Below, piece by piece: positions 40,001-55,000 of a DNA stretch of 62,628 nt. The position numbers and the translations under genes were made by a program. The stretch is from Tubiluchus corallicola (taxonomy: Eukaryota; Animalia; Priapulida), in contig JAQGDQ010001102.1 of the NCBI GenBank assembly GCA_030141605.1, forward strand, positions 1 through 62,628, given 5' to 3'. Under the pieces are notes generated by a model. The model ran no database searches. It saw nothing but the letters and a program-made list of their open reading frames with translations, and was not told the origin of the DNA. Each line of letters opens with the position of its first letter. Position 1 is the stretch's first letter.

Positions 40001-43000
40001 TAGTTTAGGAGTTAAACTAAAGCAAGCAAATGTTATAAGTAGTGCTTTAGACAAACAAATGGTAAGTTTTAATATTAGATTTGTACTGTGTTTCCTCAAG
40101 TTGCATAAGTTTGCATTTGTTCAAGTTGTTTTTATCTCTGCTTTGCTTTTGCCCGTGTGTGTGCGTGTATGAGGGTGTGAGTATGCGGCAGTAGTGGTGG
40201 GCGTGGGTGAGTGGTTGGACGGGTGCGTGTGTGTGTGCACATATGTAAAACGTATTTCACAATTTTGTGTTATTAGATAATTGTGTCTATTTTTACAGGA
40301 ATTTTCTTGTGAGGATAAACCATCAGAGACTTTGGTTAAAGTTTCTAATAAGAAACTAGGATTTCACACTTTTTGGTCAATCCCAGAATTCAATCAACGT
40401 GTACTACAAATGCAGGATTTATTTGAGGTAGTTTTATTGTCACCAATATTAAGCTTTATGTAATAGCTAGAGTTTTTGTTTTAAAGTAATATATACTGAA
40501 TGTTTTAGAACAATAGTTACCAGGATTTGAACACCCAGTGTTTGCTTTAGCTCACTGTATCGAGAAGCTCAGTAAGCTTTCTCTCTCTGTTGTTCTGGAA
40601 ATAGATATCTTTCTGTCACTTTAAATTTTTTGGGTTTATTAAAACTGAAATAAAACTGTTCTTGTATTTACTTCAAACTTTTAAACTGAATATGGTTAGT
40701 CTTAGCATGTTGAAATGATTACAAATTGCAACTAAGTTCTTGTCTTTTTCTTAATGACACAACCTAGGTCTGGGTTTTACCAGTCATGAGAATCATTCGT
40801 CCGTAATCCGAAGAACATTATATTTGTTAAAACATTTTTAACAAATCTGGACATTTTGAATACATGTTAATATAAAAAATAACAAAATATCCACAAAGAT
40901 GATATAGTAATTTCAACAAAGTATGCAAAATTCATTATCGGTATATAAGATATTATAATTACAAGAAAGCAAATCATGTATGTTTTGACGGCCCTATTTG
41001 TCTATGGTGCTTCACCTCAATACCAGCATCAGTTTGTGCTATATTTGCCCTTGCACCACTGTTTTTATTACTGTTGTTACTCTGTAGCTACCTCATATTA
41101 GCAACGTAGCTGTTTATAGCTACCTGGTATGAGCGTAGATAGTAACAGGTATTTAGTTTGCTTTAGCTTCTCCCACCTTTCAGTGGTAATCGCTTATTAA
41201 ATGAATCACGTGTTTGACATTGACCTATTTGCTGATCGCCATTTCCTGCGTTGAAATAAATAAACAGTCTTGATGGAACAAACAGAGTCGTTGCTTGAGA
41301 GGATTCCCATTAGTGAACCACAAGTTAACCATTAGTGACGCTTGGAGTTTCCAGGACCAATGGCGAGAGTACGCTAGTGGTGAGTGACAGATACCAGTCG
41401 TCTGGAGCTCCTTTCTTGCTCTTTATGGTGAACAGGACTTGTTGAGAAACCTTGTTGAGATACATAATTAGTGCATAACCTGGTCTGCATAACATTACCT
41501 ATTTGGCTTTTGTTAACTACTTAGGTAATGCATACTAGGCTCTGCCTATATAAACTTGTAATTTGTAAATTTGTAAATTTACCATTGATGATGACAGAAG
41601 TAGTCTGTCAAACGTTTGACATTGTTTTAACTGTGTAAAGTAAAAGTTTAATAAAATTGTGTTGTTTTACCTATAAATATTTTTAAGTGCATATAGTAAA
41701 AAAGTGAGTTAAAATTGTCATGTCAAAATACATCGTTAAACTTAAGCTTAACATTTATTATTTATGAATGAAGATGTAATCGATACCTGATAACTAAGCG
41801 AGTAACATTGTGAGAACCCTCTGTAGCTATAAGCAGTTATCACGCTTGGCTAGTAGTCAGCTCTCAGGTACTTCCTCACACCAAGAACCAACCCTATTAT
41901 GCCGTCACATACCCTATTGTTATGCTTATTTTTATTTTGCTGACAATAAAAAAGAAAATTTTGAGTTTGCTGTGCTGCCTTTTACCAATCACCTAAACAA
42001 TTGGCGACGGCACTGTAAGTGTGTTATACAGGCGTTGGTTAGTTAAATTGAACTTCTTACAATAAATAGTCAACCACCTCAACATTTTTATCTTTGAAAC
42101 CAGACTGTAACTGCCTCACAATTCTTTGTTGTAGTTATTTTTCCATCCAAACTTTTGTAATTCTTTCTTTTCCAATTTCTCCTTTTTTTAATCGTACAAC
42201 CTAACCCAATATCGACACCAAACCACATCTGCATATTGGTGCTAAAATTTGACTGACCCCTTGCTGAATAATTATTACCAGAGTTTGATGCCGTCTAAAC
42301 ATGCGTCCGTTTTTAGACTGACAGTTTTAGTTTGACAGTTTAAAACTGATCGTGTAAATAGTGCAGTAGAAGACATAATGAGCAATACCGTGGTATAATG
42401 ATAATTATGTTAGAGTTTTATACACTCACTACAAGCGGGGCTGAGTTGCACTTCATATTTGCATATGGAAAGTTGGCAGTATTTCTCTTATATTGATGAT
42501 TACTTATTCTGACGAAATATTTTGTTTTTTTACTGTGGCTGTAAAAATTTTTGCTATAACTCCTTTCTTTGAGGTCCAAAATTGAACAAATTAATGCTAT
42601 AGTACGCCTCGTATCCAAAGATTGTTTCTTATGTACCTGTAATAAACTGATTCTGGACAAAAATGCCATGTTGTACATTGCAGAGATTTTTGTCTCCGAA
42701 ATTATTTGTAGTCAATGGTGCAGTAGCTAGATTAAGTTATTTGCTAAATCTATTACTGGTTGTTTGTTTAGAATGATTTACTGATCACATTAGTTTTTAG
42801 AGTGGGAATCACATTCTTAGAGTTTTTTTTTAGAGTGGTGATCAGAAGACAGGAGACGAAGTATTCTATAATTTAAAAGATACATGGTATAAGGATGGCC
42901 ATGCTACTCCCCTGGAAAGCCCTTTCACGTAAGCTCGCAGTTATAAAATGTTTTATTGTGGTATTTTTACTTAGAAGTAAGCTAAGAATGACTGTAGTTA

Positions 43001-46000
43001 TGTCAATTTCTGAATGATGTTTATGTCTAATGTAAGCACTTTGCATTTTTGAAGATAGTCTTAGACAACTGTTATTTAACTGTTATGCAACTTCTGTCTG
43101 CATCTGAGCCATTTTCTGTGAAAGTTGTGATTCAAATATCAGTCTATAGTCTCTGTATAAGAGCTAATTTGTCTCGAGTTTGAGAAGTTTCTAACATTTT
43201 TGAAACAATGTGCTAATGCAATGCTAGATATATTTTTATATTTGCTGACTAACTTGTAGTTTAAAAGTTTGTATACTGTGTTTTAGAGAATCATATTTTA
43301 TATTATGGTATTGAACAGCAAATGGCAGTTGAACAAACTTTGCAGTATATAAAGTAGTTCTGAGAGCTGCTAACATGTGTTGCATTAGATCGTTGTTTCT
43401 TACTCAGTTTAATAGGTTTTAATGTTGCCAAACCATAACTATAATTCGTATTTACCATCCATCACAGGTTTATATGCACTTACAGATATTTTGTGAGTTA
43501 TAATATCGATAACGTGCCTGCAGTAAGCTTAATATCAGTGTAACTATAAACTGAGTAAGCAAGTGTTTAGTGGGCTACCAACACTTAAAAGACAAGAAAA
43601 GGGGCACCTGAAGTTGTTTCAGAAAAGTTGCTTTAAAAAATTATACTACTTTGTAACAATTTTATGCATATTTCGTACTCGCGTTGAAACGATTTACGAA
43701 TTCTTAAATGTAAATTCTTCTACCGCAGCAGGTAAGGTAGGTTTATATATTCGCAACTCATTTGAAGTTATTGTAACTAATGAAAATTAACTAACAACAA
43801 GTTTTTCTTGTGAGAAAGCGAGACAAAGTACTTTACCTGTAACTATGAGTGAAATTCAGGTTGAGCACTTATTTATTGAGATATAAATGCCAAATAGCAA
43901 ATCTCCAATAATTTTTGGTCTGATGTACATTCACCAAAATCATTTAATAAATGCAGTTTAATAAAGAAATGGAAAAAGTACTCAAACAAATTAATTCAAC
44001 TGGTCACATAGCTTAGATATGCAGCGATATAAATATAAATTTGCTGCATCATAGTGAAAATGCATCTATTTTCAATTATCTTAATGTGTTATACGAAAAC
44101 TGTTTTTTTCCTGCCATAACACAACTTACGCGAATGACCCTCAATTCAAAAACTCTCATCGACCACATGTATATAAATAATCTTCAACACCCACTTACTA
44201 CAGGCATTGTCACATGGAAAGCACCAAATAAAACAGTCAAAAGGGACACTAAATTCTGACCATTTCCTTACTGATGTGAAAGAGCCATTGTCCAGGCCAG
44301 TAATTCTGAAGCTGACAACATTAATACTGCATTTGAATATTTTATTGATGTTTTCTCTCGTACATTGGAACATCGTGGCCCCCACTTGCACGCCAATAAG
44401 AAGAGAATCGAACACTTTTCACAAACCGTGGATCACTTCTGACATCCTAAAAGCAATCCGAACAAGAAGTTGCTTATTTAAAACTCACAAATTATCAACT
44501 CTGCATGCAAAAGAAACTACTATAAAACTTACTCATACAAGCTCAATCATGTTAAGTCCTCATCAAAAAAGAAATACTATGATAACTTATTTCAGCTATA
44601 CCAAAACAACGTGAGAAAAACATGGAGAACTATGCGATAACTAAGAGATAAAAACCATAACATTCCTTCACAACTTGAAGTGAATGACAAAAGCTATAGT
44701 GATCCTTCGTCAATAGCAAACAGCTTTAAACATTTTTTCAATCGATCCTTCAATATTACCTCTAATATGGCTAAACACATACCACCTGCCACTACAGAGT
44801 TTCGAAGTTACTTGGTGGCTCCAAATTGCAACTCTGCCTTTTTTCATCCCGCAACTAATTAAGAAAGAAAAAGTGCTTTAGCTAAATTCAGGACTAATAA
44901 ATCCCTTGAACCTGATAATATTCCAACCAAATTTTACAAATTGTCAATCAATATAATTGCTCCAATCCTAACCAAACTGATAAGTAACTCCTTAGCTCAT
45001 GAAAACTATCCCATCTGCCTAAAAATAACCAAAGTCACACTTATTTACAAATCTGAATCTCCGCTAAACCCATCCAATCATTGGCCAATATCAAATCTAT
45101 CTCTTGTCTCAAGAATTTCTGAAAAAGTAATCTTTAAATGCTTGAATAACTTCTACTCAAACAACATTTTATCAAAATTCGAGTTTGGATTTAGAAAAAT
45201 CCTTCTCTACAGCCCTCGCTATTGCTGAATTTATCGAAAACTTGTTGCGGTACCTGGACAAAAATTCTGATCATGTACCATATTTTTTGATCTGTCGGAA
45301 GTATTAGACACAGCTCAGCACCATATTTTACTTTATAAATTAAAAAAACTATGGCTTAAGAGGCATACCTCTGAATCTCTTTTAATCATACCTGCATAAT
45401 CATCAGCAGTTCATTTACGTGCACTAAACACATTCACCTCAACTCCCCGTAACATGTGGCATTTCACAAATATGATCTCTGTTTAATTTAAAAAATAGGT
45501 AACAACGACTTAATTCAAACCAACTGCATAAAGTATCTTGGACTCCAAATTGATAGTAACATGAAATGGAAAACTCACATTGATACTATAACAACAAAAC
45601 TAAGTAAAACTGTAGGGATATTTACAAAACTGTGTTATTTTATTAATACAACAATCCTCAAAATGTCATATAACACTTTAATATATCCCTATTTACAGTA
45701 TTGCATTTTGTGCTGGGGAAAAACAAAGCAATACATATTACAATCACTTATCACTGTATAAAACAAAATTGTTAAAATGCTTACATTTTCTTGTTACACA
45801 GCACATGCTACACCTTCTTACAACCAGTTAAATATAATACAAGTTTACATTATATATAGTTTGTTACTCTTTAAATTCATAGCTACAAAACGGATTATTT
45901 GCCAGGCTTATACAAGAATTACTTTTTAAAAATAAAAGAAGTCCATTCATATTCCACGAGATCCCACTATTTTCAAAATAGGTTCAGACTCAATATGGTT

Positions 46001-49000
46001 TGAACTCTTTTCACCATAATGGTGTCATTCCTTATAATTGTCTCCCTTCTGATATCATAGATTGCCAAAACTGCAGTAAAAAAATTTCATTTCCATCTAA
46101 TTTGAAACTACACTATTTAGCTAACGAAATTCAGTAAGAAATTTTTGCTACCCATTTAGTCTGCTTATTTGCTTCATTTCTAAATTATTACTAGATTTTT
46201 TTTTCCATCTGTCACCTATTCATTATGTATCCCCATAGTATGAAAAAAAAATTCGGCATTAAGCTTTTATTCTTTGCCACTATCTTTTATGCACTCCAAT
46301 TTACCAATAAATAAATAAATTACTTGGGTCACAATTAAACTTAAACTTGATGTGTTACTTCATACTCTTTTATTATTGTTTGATCATTGGATTCGTTTAC
46401 TTCTTTCTTGCCTAAACTATTTTTAGTTTAATGATTTTCAATTTTCACAGTTTGATTTTGCTTTCATTCTTCGGTTCTTCCGGTGGATTGAGTTGCTTTA
46501 AATTCAAATTTTTGTTTTGTTAATTTTAATTTTATTTCGTTTTATCTGTCATTTATTTATTATTTGCCATTTTTAATTTTAACCTTATTTAAACTCATTA
46601 TGTTAGTTTTTACCAAGCTATCCTTATTTTTCATTTTTGTTTTCAAATTGTCGATTTATATTTATTTGTTTATACCTACTTAACAGGTCAATTAATTTTC
46701 TTTAATTTTTGATGGGGTGGCTTTTTCGCCATTCCGTCTCTTATCTTTTTTATTATATTTTTGCTTTTGTTTATTGTCATCCTGTAAAAAATTCAGTGAC
46801 AAATTAATTATTTACTTACTCATACACACACAACGTAAATCCGGGGTAGAAAAGGAAATGTTAAACTATGTCCCAAAAAAGTTTTCGTGCAAAACTATAT
46901 TACTTAGCATTTTGCTTGCCTGTTTGAAAGACTTATGTAACTGGAAAAGAAAATCATTAATTATTTAAAATGTTTTCACCAATTGGTAAAATGTCATTGA
47001 CTCATTTCGAGGGTGCACTACTCACTAACCAAAAAGCGTATTTTTATTCTTATTGACAAGATACAGTAATATAAATTTTACTTAGGTAACGACGTGTGCG
47101 CTACAAATGCTCTAATTATTTTTTCAAACTTTACTCAGCATTATCTAAATTGTTTGAAATGACTTAGCCCCCAAAATAGTGTAGATTTTTATCTCTGTTT
47201 AAAAGCCTAAGTGTCATAGAGCAGTCTAGCAGTGTATTGCCACAGTAGATTTTGCCATTTTAGTGCATGAACTGGTTTTGAACAACTAGGATGTGTATTT
47301 CACTGTTGTTAAATCTGTACCCAGTAGCAAATGTCTCAGGACAATAGTTATTATAGTTTTTACACTCCATGTTTTTTGTTATTATTTACGCTTTTACTGT
47401 ACTGTATGTATTTTAGTTTATTTATTTTTCTTTCGTTTATTTAGTCTAGCTGGCATGCATAACAGCCGATTAGATTCTAGCACAGTGCAATCTCCTTTGT
47501 CTTTATCCACTAGTAGCTGGCAGTCAAGCAGCAGACGAGGTAAATTAATTTTATAGGTTTCTCTCAGATGTCTGTGTACATCTTTTGCGCAAAGTTGTTT
47601 TTGTACAAAAGTTGTTTTTTCTGGCTGTTTGAAATGTGATACATGCATAATTTTTCTGGTTTATTATCTTTGTTTGTGTCTGTTTTTAACAGGAAAGTGG
47701 CATTAGTACATCTATCAGTATTCTTTAATGTAAATTTTGAAATATGGAGCATTTTCTTTAATGTCTACTTGTTTTGTAAGGCCTGTAAATGGCAACTTTT
47801 GATGTTATAGTCCAGTCTTTTTTGCAGTGATTGACACAGAAGATGGATAAGCACTCAGTACATGTATATAGAATTTGTAAATTACAATTTAGTTGATATT
47901 AAATTATGGCACATTAGCTGAAATAGTTTTATTTAAAAGACTCAGATGTTTTCCCCTGCACCTTCACTGTAACATTTCAAGCCAATTTATAAGGATGACA
48001 GCTTTTAAAACAATAGTGAAAATAGTAATTATTGTTCTTTTAGATTTGAACTATATTTTATACAAAAATATTGTGTATTTCAAATAAAGTTACAACTTTA
48101 TGTTGTGCAGGTTCATTGAAACTGAATGATTCAATTGTTCTGTCAAAGTCTGGAATGAGTAACAGTTTGATTGGTGATGCTAACAGTAACTGCTTAGCTG
48201 CTGTTACAACAGCTTGTTCACACTTAGTTTCAGATGCAGTGAATCGGTTATCAAAAGGTTGGTGTTTTCAATATTGTTTAAAGAGCAGCTTAATTTTTCA
48301 GCAGTTATTTTAAAATGACCAAGTAAACTGTAGGGCATTCAGAACTGGTCCATTGAAAGTTACTTTCTGATTGTAAGATCAGATAGCAGCACAGTGATTT
48401 ACCTATTAAATGTAGTTTATTTACTTTCATTATCCCTAAAGTGTTTGGTACACTTGACACAGCTTTGTTTAATGATATGTATTTTCAGACAGTCAGCTGG
48501 AAGATACGCTGGCTGATAAAACTTTAGCAGTATGTCAAAGATGTTATGCTTCTGTATCTTCACTACACACATATTTTAATTGCCATGATTCCTCAAAAAA
48601 TGTGGGTAAGTTTGACTTGATAACTTTGTGCAAACAAAACTTTTCAGCAGTCCCTAATTATTCAGATGATGTCTAGGCTATAAGTAAATAATCTATCATC
48701 AAATGTGTAAAACACATTTAAGTCTGTATTATAACATACCATTTTTTATACGACATATAATACATTTGCGATCGATGGACTGAGGAAAATTAAAAAAACA
48801 TCTCTTAATATTATAGCTTGCTTAATAAAAGCTATTCCAGTGATTTTTGTTGGTACTGTCAGTCTTGGCTAAATCTGTTATGCTCATCAGTCTTTCATCC
48901 AATTCTTATTTATGGTTGGTTTAATGGTTGTTTTCGATTTCATTTATAACATTCAGTTAGTGAAGCCAAATTTTAATCAAAGTAGTCTATTCATATCGAA

Positions 49001-52000
49001 CCTGTAAATTAAAGAATTGGTTTATTTAATTGATTTTATAGTAATTTTTGTAAACTAGCTGATACTGAGTTGAGCCATGCTTTAATCAACTGAACCTGAG
49101 TATTTTCACAAAACCTGGAAAGTAGAAACATTATATTTTAGACGAAATAATTAGGCAAACTTAATTTGACGATGAAGTCTATCTATACGGATCAATTTGG
49201 GTTTGAGAAATGAAATTCTTTTTGACTAATTTTCGAGGTTTTCTTAAGTTTGCTTATTATTAGTTCTTTATTCATTAAGTAAAACCAGTGGTTCTGGATT
49301 CTAAGATGAACCAAAGGGACCAAGAAGTTGCAGTACTTCTGTAAAGTCGAAATTTTGGTTATGCCACTGCCAGTGTTTTTTTATTTCTTAGCATTATGAC
49401 TAGAAAAATTATCAACAAAATTTAGAAACCCTACATAATCTTAGGTAGTCTGAACCTCACTGGATGGCAAGGCCAGGATTGCTCAGAACATGAATTATGC
49501 TTTAACTCTATAATCTGCTTTAAAATCAATCGGTTTATCTTTGTGGTATAATTACTAGCATTCCATTAAGTTCTGGAGTGTATAGTAGACCTTGATAACA
49601 TTTTTGATCTTTCACTATCGTTTTATTATTATTGCCATAATAATCACTGTTATTATTCATATTGTGTATTTTCAGTTCTGTTCTATTGTCATGAAATTTA
49701 ATGAAAAACTGAATATGGTTGTTATACTGTTTTGTTGTCTTTGGGTAAAACTTCAACTTTGATATATTCAGACAACAACAATATTTAACGGGTTTAATTT
49801 GTTTCGTTGTGGTTTCTTTCTTTATTAAATATTTTTGTCTTTGACTTATATGGTTTTGTAATTGTCACTGTCATGCATAAATAATAATATGTCTATGATG
49901 AAAATTTTATGGCTTTCCTAATGTCATGAACTGTTTCTATCCTATAGGTATGGATGTGTTAATAGAAAATGTTATACAGTTATCTGCATGTTACCAATCC
50001 CTACAGCATGTAATTGATGATTGGAGGTTAGAGACAGAAAATTCCTACCATGAACTGCATTCTTGTCTAGTAGCTAATGTGAACAAATTTGGCCATAACA
50101 TCATTCATTTATTAGTGGTGAGATATATCATTGGGTTACTTCATTTGTTGTACTTAATGTACAGTATTATTGTTTTTGTGTTTCAAACTGCATGCATGAA
50201 GTGATTTAAACTTTGTCTAGCTTTTTACAGTACTAAGACTGCAAATTTATATTAAAATTTCACTTTAAATAATTTGAAAAAAGCACATAATATTCAGCAG
50301 CAGAAAAACAGAAAAGAAGTTTTCAGAACCTGATATTGATAAGCCTCATTTTCCTGACAGAACTGACAGTAGTTTCCCAACTTAGCATAGAAAAAGGCCA
50401 GTTAGGGTGGTAAAACTAGTCCTTAAACATTTGGCATCCTTTTTAGAAGACAGATGTTCTAACCACTGAGCCACTATTTGTTTGGCTGAAAAACAAATTT
50501 TTCGCTGCCATCTACAAGAGCTTACGTTTCTTTATTAAAATGAATGAAACATTTCGAGAAAAAGTTGATAACCTACCTACATGAGTTGCTTAATAAATTG
50601 CTAATTACATCTTATTAATATGATTCACCCAGTATGAAAACACTATTTTTACTCAGAGAACTTCATTGCTTGCTTAAGCAGTATAATTAGAGTAAACAGT
50701 TTTGTTGTGGTACTAGAGTTTCAGCACAACTTACTATCAAGTGATCGGTAGTAATTTGAAATTTTTATTTGTTTTACAGGCTGTAGAAAATCAGCAATGT
50801 AGTTCAGCTGAGGAGCTGCAGGCAACAGAAAATGCAATTTTAAAAGTGTGCTGTTTTGCTGGAGAAGTGGCCTGTGCGATGGAAATTAGTCCAAAACATT
50901 TAGACCCTGCAGACATTGAGGTTACAATCTTTCTGAATATTAAATAGTTATATTTAATTAGCCATTAATTAACTGAGACATGATTTGCATCAAAACTACA
51001 AAAAAAAATTTTTTTTCTAGATTTTTATAATTTTATTAGTCGTAAGCTCTGTTATCCCAATGACCTGAAACAATATTTTTAAATGCACAAGAAAAGTTTA
51101 GTGTTTGTGTGGTATTTTAAATTGTAGAATACTGTGCAATTTTAGGTAGTCTGATCTGTTTCAGTTCATTACTATTATGAAGTTAAAAACTCATTAATAT
51201 CAATAAAATATGTGCACATAAGATTATTTTTGGACTTTTCCCCACAAGTTCTAGTGTTCTTTTAAAATTCAGTTTTTTCCTTGTTTATCAGTGTTTTGTT
51301 TAGTGGCAATTCATTTTGCACTTTGCTAAAATTTTACTGTCAATTTCCTCACTGAACTACAATCTTATAGCACTTAACAGTACGTGTCAGGCTGTCAAGT
51401 CTATAATAACTGTTGAAAGTGCAAGTTGAAGGTTTAAAATTTTGAAGAATTTGTACTGTATAAAAATGAACTGCTTTCTTAAAGGAAAAACCAACCCTCA
51501 ATAACATTTACTGCATTTTAATCACTTAAAAATGTAGAAATTACTACATAATATACCTTCCCTAATAAAATACGTTCCTTAACAATGCAAACTCGCCAAA
51601 TGAACCTTGCTGCGGGCATATTTGAAAAAATAACGTAAACTGGTGGGACGTGCAGCATGAAGGCAAGTATAACAAAACTTCTGCAGTTCACTCAGAAGTT
51701 CCGTGTTGTGTTTAACTATGTTATATAAAAATTAAGCATCAGATCAGTTTGCAATAACATCAAAGAGCGCTTATACAGCTTTAATCCACAGGATTTTAGT
51801 TCAAAATGTGTAAGTACTATACATTATAATTATAGGTATAGAATTCTGCAAGGCTGCAAGCATACAGTTGGTAGTGGATAGTTTACTTTTCTTAAAGAGT
51901 TCAGTTTTAGTTTGTTAAAATAATTGTTGCTTTGTTGGCATTAATTAGCACCTGGTGGGATGAGTGTTTATATTGAACAGTAACCGGAATACATGAGTTT

Positions 52001-55000
52001 TTGTTCAAAATGAGTGCATCCAAGCGTGAAATGATTGTGACTTTAACATAATTTTACTAATTACGTGAGGTGCTTATCATAATTTTATTACTGATACTTC
52101 TAACAGTTTTTTCAAATATTAAAATAAGCTAATCTTCCTGAGAGCCTTGGTTTTGGTTTTGATTGTAAAATTTTATTTACTTGTGGAACATTTAAATCAC
52201 ATGTACATACAGCGTTATCTGTTACATTTATCAATTGCCATTTCGTTTGTATTTGAGCTGTCACAAAGCAGTTTAGTACCATAGAAAAAGAATTGCTTAA
52301 AAGACAAGAAAAGAGAAAATGAAACTTGTAAATTTAAATGCCCGCATAGACAATTAGGCGCAGCCATTTTAATGGTCAGGTATTATGTAAAAAATTCAAG
52401 CAGTTTAAAAAATAAACAAAAGGAAAAAAAGTCACAGCATTTGTAATACATGCTTCACTAACTATGCAGAGGCATCAGGTAGATTGTCAATGAGCCAGTG
52501 GTGCAAAGTGACAGTAAATCAATGATGTTTTACTAGTCGGCTTGAGCATTTGTAATACATGCTTCGCTAACTATGTAAAAGCATCACATAGATTGTCAAT
52601 GAGCCAGTGGTACGCAGAGACAGTAAATTACTGAGAATTGTCTTTCCCAGTTACAAAAAAAGTCTGTCTTAGTGAGTGTAATGCTAAGCGATAGAAACTT
52701 TGGATAAAATATCAAAAAAATCTAAAATTCTTTCTTTTACCCTTTAAGTAAAAAAATATGAAGAACTCCATAATACTGTCGTCTGAAAAGTAGTAATAGA
52801 ATGGTTACAGGTGTTATTAATGTTCTAATCTGTATTGTTGATATGTTCACAGATACAGTTTATGTTTAAAGCATATATACATTAATAGACATTATATGCA
52901 TGGTGTTGTAGAAGAATAATTTAAATCACTAGTACTTGTTGCAATAAACTGTTAACATTCGGATTGCCATTTTTATTACTTCAGATGTTTCTATCAGTGC
53001 ATCAGGCATTTCTGCAAGGTGCCATGTCTTTTGTCGACAAAACATTAGCTAGCAGCTTGAAGTCAGTAAACAAGAGTCACAGCCAACTTCAGTGCAGCAT
53101 GACCAATGTTAATATGCAGGTAGAACATATCTAAAACTTTGATTGTAATAGGTTTCAAGCATTTTAAGATTCTGTGTTACAATGTAAAAATATGGTCATT
53201 TCAGTACAGTGAAGTCTCGTTATAACGCCAATTCACCGTTTATAATGCCAACATCGCTTAACACCCAAATGTTTGGCAAAACAAAATGTCTATATTTGTG
53301 TAGACATGTATGTATTAATCCAGCTCGTTACAACACCAACTCGCTTAACATCAACTTTTTTGGAGCTACACAAATTTGACTGTAACTCATAAATTATAAC
53401 AGCTGGGTCTGTAAATTTGTAAGGGTAGGGACCTAAGGACTGGAGTGCGAGTGTTGTGTCTTTACCGTCTGGTGCCCTTATCTTAAGGCATAAAGGTCAT
53501 TGACAGCCACGCACTTCATCTTGGAATTCAGGAATTTAAAAACTGTGCAAGTATTAAAACTGATAAGGCAGGTATTGTAGCAATACCTCATTGAATTTTA
53601 ACGTTGCCAAAGCTCGACAGTCACACACAAAAATTCAAAATGAACAACGTGAGTCAAACAAAAATGTAGTATTAGTGTATATAAATTAAAAGGTGTTAGT
53701 GTTTTTCATATACATCTAGTGTAAACAGATGGGCAATGAAGCAACTCGAGTCACTCTGTAAAATCTTCTCTTTATAACCTTGTGATACATGTTCTAGTTT
53801 CGTTTCATATTTGTTGTTCTTTACTAGATGCTCTGGTATTTGATTGTTAGAATATTTATTTCTTCTTAAAGTCACTTAACTTTATAATGAGCATCTGAGA
53901 ATTTTGTAAGCTTACAGTAGTGAAACAAAATACTGTTCTGATGCTCGTGAAACTAATTTGGATTATTGAAACCTATGTGGATGCATTGCAGGTTTTACAA
54001 ACTTATTTTCATTGTCAAAGATTATAACTAAGTTCATTTAGTTTGGTGTAATCTCTGATTTTTGTTTTCGTATTTTCATTTATTGACCAGTCATTGTTGT
54101 GAATGTTGTGTTTGTAATAGCAGTGCTAAATTTAATGAATGAATATAGATTTGCAGTAAATTTCTCCTACAGAAGGAATTGCTTCAACTCAGACTAGAGA
54201 ATTTCTGTTCAGTATTAAATGATAGCTTAACTTATTACTGTTTTTGTACTAAATTATTACTATACTTTTCCATTCGTACCATGGTAATAGATCAGTTGCA
54301 CATTTTCAGGCATACCTGGAATCTGCCAATGAACTCGATACAATATTATCAGCATCTCACCAACTCCTTGCAGAGTTATGTCACTGTCATCAGGTATATA
54401 ATGTTTTGCATATAATAGATGGTCTTGTGCTTATTTTGGTTTAAGAAAAAGAATTAATTCAGTTATAAACATGCAACATTAATAGTGTACTGTCTGAATG
54501 ATAGAAAATAACTAAATAAGAATGGACAAGTTAATATAGAGGCTGTTCAGGTTCTTATATTTCAAAATAATTTTTTTCTAGTAATGCACTTTTGTGATTA
54601 AGAAGATTATTTGCAGAAGTCATGGGACGAAAGAGTATTGAATAATTGCTTTATGTGGCTTAATTAACATTAATCATTTATCTGTTTTTTGTTTTCTTTT
54701 GACAAGAGAACATTTTAAATGCACGGTGGAGATTAATTTAATGCCAAAATGGAGTGATGAACAAGATATTAAATTTTTGTACGTGTACATTACAATACAA
54801 TTTGAAGATATCTGTATTTTTAAATATATTTAAGTATTAGATCTTTTCTTTGCTTAGAATTTATGCAAATTTTGGTACTTTATGAAGGAAAAAAGTGCCC
54901 AACAATAGACCACAATGCAAAATGATTTACTGTTCATAGTATCTGAAGTGCATTATCAAACAGATGAAAGACAGAATGTGAAAGATTCCTGTCATTAAAG

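Noticed and set aside
50400-50476. tRNA gene
   Set aside because: Only an A-box/D-arm-like segment; no T-arm or acceptor stem. Kept as a low-confidence SINE.
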